Shown here: positions 25,928-32,000 of the stretch, piece by piece
Layout: every line of letters starts with the position of its first letter
Position numbering within the stretch: the stretch's first letter is position 1
Assembly: GCA_028282465.1 (NCBI GenBank)
Contig: JANQHX010000094.1
Location: forward strand, 38,265-70,264
DNA: 32,000 nucleotides
From: Gynuella sp.
GTDB lineage: Bacteria > Pseudomonadota > Gammaproteobacteria > Pseudomonadales > Natronospirillaceae
Direction: 5' to 3'
The notes under the pieces: generated by a model
Seen by the model: the letters and a program-made list of their open reading frames with translations, nothing else
What the model was told of the DNA's origin: nothing
The model's database searches: none
Made by a program: the position numbers and the translations under genes

Positions 25928-28900
25928 TTGGACGAAATTAAAAAGGAAGAGTTTAATTTAGAAAGTCCATCGCACTTTGTTGGTATAGGAGCTTCCGCAG
26001 GTGGGCTGGAAGCCTTGCAAGTTTTTTTTCGTCACCTACCTAGCAATACCGGTGCATCCTTTATTATTGTTCAGCACCTTTCCCCAGATTATAAAAGCAT
26101 GATGCCCGAATTGCTGAGCAAACATACCAGCATGAGTATTCATCTAGTGGAAGATGGGATTGCCTTAGAGCCAGATTCTATTTACTTAATGCCTCCTCGA
26201 AAAAATATGTTGCTGGGTGAAGGCAAGCTCTTTTTATCCGAACAAATGCCAGAAGCCAATGTGCATATGCCCATTGATACTTTTTTACGTACATTAGCAG
26301 AAGACCAACAACACAAAGGTATTGGTATTGTGCTGTCAGGTACTGGTAGCGATGGCACAAGAGGTATCAAAGCTATTAAGGAGGCAGGTGGACTTGTTAT
26401 CGTTCAAGAACCAAGCACAGCCAAGTTTGATGGCATGCCAATCAGCGCTTTAAAAACCGGCTTAGCAGATATATTGTTGGCTCCAAAAGACATGGGAGTC
26501 ACACTTGCAAAATTTATCGAACATCCATCCATTTCAGGAAAAGACTCATCCATTAAATATTCGGTTGGGCTCGAAGACGATACCTTCAGTGAGATCTTTC
26601 AGCTACTCAAAAATGAATCTTCAATTAATTTTTCTCAATACAAAGCATCCACAGTAGCAAGAAGGATAGAACGACGACTGGGAATTAATCAGCTTACCTC
26701 TTTGGAGTCTTACCTAAAACTTTTACTGGACTCACCCAAAGAGCTTCAAACCCTTAGTAAAGAATTACTTATTGGCGTAACGCGATTTTTTAGAGACGAT
26801 GAAGCTTTTAGTAAATTAACAACCACAGTGGTACCTGCCATTGTGGAAAAAGCACACAAGTACGAAGAGGAGATTCGAATATGGGTGGCCGGATGCTCTA
26901 CCGGTGAAGAAGCCTATTCCATTGCCATTCTCTTTGATGAATACATGCAAAAGAAAGACATGGTATGTCCGGTTAAAATATTTGCTACCGATGTCGATAA
27001 AGAAGCCATTTCAGAAGCCAGCTATGGTATTTACTCAATTGACATTTTGCAGGACCTTACTGAAGAGCGGTTAAGTCATTACTTTGAATTGAGAAAAGAC
27101 AAATATGTGGTATCAAGCCGTATAAGACAAATGGTGATATTCGCCTCTCATAACATGATTGAAGATCCACCGTTTTCGAATCTAGACTTAGTTACTTGTA
27201 GAAATGTACTAATTTATTTTCAGCACTCAGCTCAAAAACGGGTTCTAGCCTCTCTCCATTTTGCTTTGAATAAAGAAGGCTACTTATTATTAGGGGCGTC
27301 AGAAACGCTCGGCGACCTTGCTACTCACTTTTATAAAGTAGATGAACGTGCAAAAGTTTTTTTAAAAATAAGCAACCTTAAAGTACCCTTCGCAACAGCG
27401 CCAGGCCAATCAGACTCTGAAGTTGCTCGGTTAGCAGCACCTGGGCTAGGCATGTCGACAACAGCGAACATCACGAAAAAGATCACACAAATTTCAAGAG
27501 GGCCAATGGAAGCCGTACTTGAAAGATTGGTCAGTGAGTACTCACCCAATTGCATAGTGATTAACCAAGAAGTGGGTACTGAAGGTCAGCTCGGCGGCAA
27601 AGCCGAAGTGCGAGGTGTGTCTGGTGCTTGGCAAGAGCTCACAGACAACGTAAACGGCATGGCCGACAACCTCACTAATCAGGTTCGAAACATTGCCACC
27701 GTAGCAACCGCAGTGGCCAATGGTGACCTTAGCCAGAAAATTACAGTAGATGCTCGCGGCGAAATTCTAGAACTGAAAAACACTATCAACACCATGGTGG
27801 ACAAGCTTACCCGATTTGCTGCAGAAGTTACTCGAGTGGCGCAGGAGGTAGGTACCGAAGGTAAGTTAGGTGGACAAGCAGAAGTAAGTGGCGTAACTGG
27901 AGCCTGGGGAGACCTAACCTTTAACGTCAACAAATTAGCCAACAACCTGACTGACCAGGTGCGAGATATTGCGCGGGTGGCACAAGCCGTTGCTAACGGT
28001 AACCTGGAACAAAAGATCACGGTGGAAGCACAAGGCGAAGTGCTCGCGCTGAAAGAAACCATTAACTCCATGACAGAAACTCTGTCTTTGTTTGCTAACC
28101 AAGTAACCAGTGTTGCGAAAGAAGTGGGGACTGAGGGTAAGTTGGGCGGTCAGGCCGATGTACCTAACGCAGAAGGTATTTGGAAAGACCTTACCGAAAA
28201 CGTTAACGAACTGGCAGATAACTTAACCCGTCAGATTCGCGCCATTTTAACCGTGGTAACCGACGTAACCGAAGGCAACTTAACCGGCAGCATTGACGTG
28301 GTTGCAAAGGGAGAAGTTGAGACCTTGAAAAATGGTCTTAACCAAATGATTAAAACCCTGAAGGACACATCAGACATTAACTTTGAGCAAGACTGGCTTA
28401 AAACCAACCTGTCTAACTTTAGCCAGTTAATGCAAGGCAATAAAGATTTGCAATCTTTGGCTGATGTGGTGATTCAAGAACTTTGCCCGGCCATTGAAGC
28501 ACAGCATGGTGTGTTTTATTTACTAGATGAAGGCTCAGAGGATAGACCAAAAACGCCTGAGCTAGTCTTGCTGGCAAGCTATGCTTATCACGAGCGTAAA
28601 TCTGTGGCGAACGCCTTTGAGCTCGGCCAAGGTTTAGTTGGGCAAGCCGGGCGTGAGAAAAAACGAATTTTGGTTCACCAGGCTCCCGATGATTACATCA
28701 AAATTGGCTCTGGCTTAGGTGATGCATTGCCACTGCATATTGTAGTCATTCCTGTATTGTTTGAAGGTGAGTTACTGGCTGTGATTGAGCTTGCATCTTT
28801 TAATCATTTCACTGACAACGAACTGAACTTTCTCGATCAACTTGCTGCAAGTTTAGGGGTGGTAGCGAACGCGGTGAAAGCCAGTGCCCAAACTGAACGA

Positions 28901-31288
28901 TTGCTGCAAGCGTCACAATCACTTTCTCAAGAACTTCAGGATCAGCAGGCTGAGCTCACTGAAACTAACCAGAAGCTTGAAGTTCAAGCGAAAAACTTGC
29001 GAGAGTCTGAATCGAAATTAAAAAGTCAGCAGGAAGAACTTCAACAAACCAATGAAGAGCTGGAAGAAAAATCAAGAGTACTGGCTGACCAGAAACGAGA
29101 GGTGGAACAAAAGAATCGTGAGGTTGAAATTGCCAAAGTTGAGATTGAAGAAAAAGCGCAACAATTGGCTGTGTCTTCCCGTTATAAATCTGAATTCCTG
29201 GCAAACATGTCTCATGAATTGAGAACACCACTAAACAGCTTAATGGTGCTCTCTGATGGTCTGCGCAAAAATATTGATAAAAATCTGACCGACAAACAAA
29301 TCGAAAAAATGAGTACCATCCATGATTCCGGTATTGAATTATTAGAGCTCATCAATGAAATTTTGGATCTTGCAAAAATTGAAGCGGGTAAAATGTCAGT
29401 GCAAATTGGTGATATTTTCCTTCAGCGATTAACTAACTGGGCTGAACGGGGCTTCTCACAACTAGCTGAAAATAAAGGTCTGAAATTCCTAACCTCAATT
29501 GATGAAAATCTACCCGCAGCTATTCAAACGGATGAAAAACGATTACAACAAGTTATTAAAAACTTTTTATCCAATGCCATTAAATTTACTGAAAAAGGCA
29601 AGGTATCGCTTGATATATACCAAGCCTCTCATGGTTGGAGTTCTAGTAACCAGTCACTGAACCAAGCCAATATTGTGATTGCATTTGCGGTGCAAGATAC
29701 TGGTATTGGTATACCAGAAGACAAACATCAAGTTATTTTCGAGGCTTTTCAACAAGCCGATGGTACAACAAGCAGACGCTTTGGTGGCACAGGCTTAGGA
29801 CTTTCCATTAGCCGTGAGATCGCAGGTATTATGGGTGGTGAAATTACACTGCAAAGCACTGTCAATGAAGGCAGCGTATTCACGCTATTCCTGCCTCAGG
29901 TATTTCCTAATCCAACGCAAAAAGAACCTGAGCCTATAAGAAGTACACCAACGCCCTTACCTAGCTCAAGTATAAGTGCTGCCATTCAAAATGCTGACCC
30001 TGCCACTCCATCTTATTTGCTACAAAATGAGAGAACCGCCGTTATTGAAGCACCCACAAGTTCAGAGATGGAAGACGATAGAGTTAATATAAAAGCAGGT
30101 GACCGAACAGTTCTAATTATTGAAGACGATTTAACCTTTGCCAAAGTGTTGCTAGATCGAGCTAGAGAACAGGGGTTCAAAGGCATTGTAGCAACCCAAG
30201 GAGATACCGGCCTGTATTGTGCTCAGGAATACAGGCCAGACGCTATTATTCTAGATATACGCTTACCAGTCATGAATGGCTGGACTGTGCTAGACCGAAT
30301 AAAACATGATGCCAATATAAGACACATACCCGTTCATGTTGTATCAGCCGATGACGTTGCTTACCGAGGCCTCAAACATGGCGCCATTTCCTGTTTACAA
30401 AAACCCCTAGATGAAGATCACCTAGTCAGTATGTTTAACAGCATATCTGTATTTAATCAGGAAAAAGTACGTCACCTGTTGGTGATAGAAGATGATGAAA
30501 GCCAGCGTAAAGCCATTGCAGATCTAATTGGTAATGGTGACGTGCATACCAGTACCGCAGCTACCGCATTGGAGGGTTTGGAACTGTTAGAAAAACAAAC
30601 CTTCCATTGTTTAGTGTTAGACCTAATGCTGCCAGACATGAGTGGTTTTGAACTCATTGAAAAAATAAAACAAAACGAAAATTTGCTTAACCTTCCAATT
30701 ATTGTTTACACCGGCAAAGAACTCACTGAGCATGAAGAAACAAGGCTTCGTTCTGTAGCAGAAACCATTATTGTGAAAAACGTTCGATCTCCTGAGCGCT
30801 TGCTCGATGAAACGGCTTTGTTCCTGCATCGAGTTGAGGCCAATCTACCCGAATCTAAAAGGCAAATGCTGCAACAGGTTCATGAAAGTGACCCTCAATT
30901 AGCTGGTAGAAAAATCCTTATCGTGGATGATGATGTACGCAATATCTTCACATTAACCTCAGTATTCGAAGCTCATGAAAGCGTAACGGTTTATGCCGAA
31001 AGTGGTAAAGAAGCGATAGAGATTCTGGAGAAAACACCAGACATTGAAATAGTACTCATGGATATCATGATGCCAGAAATGGATGGTTATGAAACCATGC
31101 GCCGTATTCGACAGAAGCCAGAATTTGTTGATCTCCCTATTATTGCAGTAACGGCTAAAGCCATGAGAGAAGACCGACAAAAATGTTTAGACGGGGGGGC
31201 ATCTGATTACCTTGTGAAACCGATAGATACTGAGCAGCTATTGTCTTTAGTGCGTGTTTGGTTATATCGCGAGCCTGGATTGAATTAG
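25928..31288 (+). CDS. CheB-CheR-polyHAMP-GAF-coiled coil-histidine kinase-REC-REC-REC hybrid signalling protein
   Basis: ORF opens at 25916 in the track; TTG at 25928 follows TGGAG with a 6-nt spacer. Motifs: [21 protein letters not shown] (CheB); [32 protein letters not shown] (CheR); three 92-aa HAMP units; [11 protein letters not shown] (H-box); FLSNAIKFT (N-box); three REC domains (LDIRLP, LDLMLP, MDIMMP). Confidence 0.95.
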   Translation: MDEIKKEEFNLESPSHFVGIGASAGGLEALQVFFRHLPSNTGASFIIVQHLSPDYKSMMPELLSKHTSMSIHLVEDGIALEPDSIYLMPPRKNMLLGEGKLFLSEQMPEANVHMPIDTFLRTLAEDQQHKGIGIVLSGTGSDGTRGIKAIKEAGGLVIVQEPSTAKFDGMPISALKTGLADILLAPKDMGVTLAKFIEHPSISGKDSSIKYSVGLEDDTFSEIFQLLKNESSINFSQYKASTVARRIERRLGINQLTSLESYLKLLLDSPKELQTLSKELLIGVTRFFRDDEAFSKLTTTVVPAIVEKAHKYEEEIRIWVAGCSTGEEAYSIAILFDEYMQKKDMVCPVKIFATDVDKEAISEASYGIYSIDILQDLTEERLSHYFELRKDKYVVSSRIRQMVIFASHNMIEDPPFSNLDLVTCRNVLIYFQHSAQKRVLASLHFALNKEGYLLLGASETLGDLATHFYKVDERAKVFLKISNLKVPFATAPGQSDSEVARLAAPGLGMSTTANITKKITQISRGPMEAVLERLVSEYSPNCIVINQEVGTEGQLGGKAEVRGVSGAWQELTDNVNGMADNLTNQVRNIATVATAVANGDLSQKITVDARGEILELKNTINTMVDKLTRFAAEVTRVAQEVGTEGKLGGQAEVSGVTGAWGDLTFNVNKLANNLTDQVRDIARVAQAVANGNLEQKITVEAQGEVLALKETINSMTETLSLFANQVTSVAKEVGTEGKLGGQADVPNAEGIWKDLTENVNELADNLTRQIRAILTVVTDVTEGNLTGSIDVVAKGEVETLKNGLNQMIKTLKDTSDINFEQDWLKTNLSNFSQLMQGNKDLQSLADVVIQELCPAIEAQHGVFYLLDEGSEDRPKTPELVLLASYAYHERKSVANAFELGQGLVGQAGREKKRILVHQAPDDYIKIGSGLGDALPLHIVVIPVLFEGELLAVIELASFNHFTDNELNFLDQLAASLGVVANAVKASAQTERLLQASQSLSQELQDQQAELTETNQKLEVQAKNLRESESKLKSQQEELQQTNEELEEKSRVLADQKREVEQKNREVEIAKVEIEEKAQQLAVSSRYKSEFLANMSHELRTPLNSLMVLSDGLRKNIDKNLTDKQIEKMSTIHDSGIELLELINEILDLAKIEAGKMSVQIGDIFLQRLTNWAERGFSQLAENKGLKFLTSIDENLPAAIQTDEKRLQQVIKNFLSNAIKFTEKGKVSLDIYQASHGWSSSNQSLNQANIVIAFAVQDTGIGIPEDKHQVIFEAFQQADGTTSRRFGGTGLGLSISREIAGIMGGEITLQSTVNEGSVFTLFLPQVFPNPTQKEPEPIRSTPTPLPSSSISAAIQNADPATPSYLLQNERTAVIEAPTSSEMEDDRVNIKAGDRTVLIIEDDLTFAKVLLDRAREQGFKGIVATQGDTGLYCAQEYRPDAIILDIRLPVMNGWTVLDRIKHDANIRHIPVHVVSADDVAYRGLKHGAISCLQKPLDEDHLVSMFNSISVFNQEKVRHLLVIEDDESQRKAIADLIGNGDVHTSTAATALEGLELLEKQTFHCLVLDLMLPDMSGFELIEKIKQNENLLNLPIIVYTGKELTEHEETRLRSVAETIIVKNVRSPERLLDETALFLHRVEANLPESKRQMLQQVHESDPQLAGRKILIVDDDVRNIFTLTSVFEAHESVTVYAESGKEAIEILEKTPDIEIVLMDIMMPEMDGYETMRRIRQKPEFVDLPIIAVTAKAMREDRQKCLDGGASDYLVKPIDTEQLLSLVRVWLYREPGLN
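27569..28396 (+). repeat. Three in-frame 276-nt (92-aa) poly-HAMP repeat units
   Basis: EVGTEG(Q/K)LGG(K/Q)A(E/D)V starts at 27569, 27845 and 28121, spacing exactly 276 nt each. Confidence 0.92.
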
Positions 31289-31290
31289 TG

Positions 31291-32000
31291 ATGATTGAAA
31301 CCGACGATAGCCTGTCTGGAAAAAGTAAGGCCTATAAAGAACAACCTAGACTTTATTCCAATGTAGAAACGGATAACCTGACAGATATAGAACTGAATCT
31401 GTTAACAGAGGCTATTTATGCTTATCGCGGTTTCGATTTTAGAGATTACGCGAGGGAGTCACTGCAACGCCGAGTCTTTAACTTAATGGAGCTGGAAGGT
31501 TTAGCCACTATTTCGGCGCTACAAGAAAAGGTGCTACACGAAAAATCAGTCATGGAAAGGTTTTTATTAGCCATGTCCATTAATGTGACTGACATGTTTA
31601 GAGACCCGGAAACTTTCTTAATTTTCCGCGAAAAAGTAATACCTATTCTTCGAACCTATCCATCAATACGCATTTGGCATGCAGGATGTTCAACAGGAGA
31701 AGAAGTCTATTCTCTAGCTATTTTACTTGAAGAAGAGCATCTAATAGACAAAACACAAATTTATGCCACCGACATAAATGAAGCGGTACTAAAAACTGCT
31801 AAGCAGGGAGTTTATCCTTTAAGCGTAATGCAAGGCTATACTAATAATTATATGAAAGCAGGAGGCAAAAGAGCTTTTTCTGAGTATTACCATGCCAGTC
31901 ATGAACATATTATTTTTAAGCCTTCTTTACGCGACCGAGTTGTATTTGCACGACACAATTTAGTAAGTGATGCATCCTTTAACGAATTCAATGTTATATT
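31291..32000 (+). CDS. CheR-type protein-glutamate O-methyltransferase, truncated by window end
   Basis: Not in the ORF track; ATG at 31291 opens MIETDDSLSGKSKAYK...[68 protein letters not shown] and runs off the window. Confidence 0.92.
   Translation, partial: MIETDDSLSGKSKAYKEQPRLYSNVETDNLTDIELNLLTEAIYAYRGFDFRDYARESLQRRVFNLMELEGLATISALQEKVLHEKSVMERFLLAMSINVTDMFRDPETFLIFREKVIPILRTYPSIRIWHAGCSTGEEVYSLAILLEEEHLIDKTQIYATDINEAVLKTAKQGVYPLSVMQGYTNNYMKAGGKRAFSEYYHASHEHIIFKPSLRDRVVFARHNLVSDASFNEFNVI

Overview
The window looks like mostly chromosomal DNA from a gammaproteobacterium (the assignment is an inference from gene content). From left to right:
(1) A secreted Asp/Gly/Thr-linker lipoprotein with a von Willebrand A-like pattern, convergent with an outer-membrane-barrel/SPOR-like protein.
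(2) A two-gene RND efflux operon (membrane fusion protein plus inner-membrane pump).
(3) comM/yifB, an exported ankyrin-repeat protein, rep helicase, a small ORF, and cytochrome c5.
(4) A tRNA-Arg(CCG) locus. Its 5' side holds at least two fragments of the same tRNA that share a 19-nt hairpin-forming insert. Its 3' side holds two ~135-139 bp tandem repeats that each end in the tRNA 3' end and carry a terminator-like hairpin.
(5) A tightly coupled minus-strand Mrp/Mnh-type cation/proton antiporter operon (E-F-G-B-C-D-D'-small-D'') with three NuoL/M/N-like subunits.
(6) A plus-strand signalling cassette. It contains a GAF-PAS-PAS-GGDEF-EAL protein, a giant CheB-CheR-polyHAMP-GAF-coiled coil-HisKA-HATPase-REC-REC-REC protein with exact 92-aa (276-nt) HAMP periodicity, and a second stand-alone CheR cut by the window edge.
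I see no CRISPR array, phage, transposase or recognisable defence system. The two places most worth follow-up are the tRNA-Arg repeat locus and the CheBR/poly-HAMP chimeric kinase cassette.
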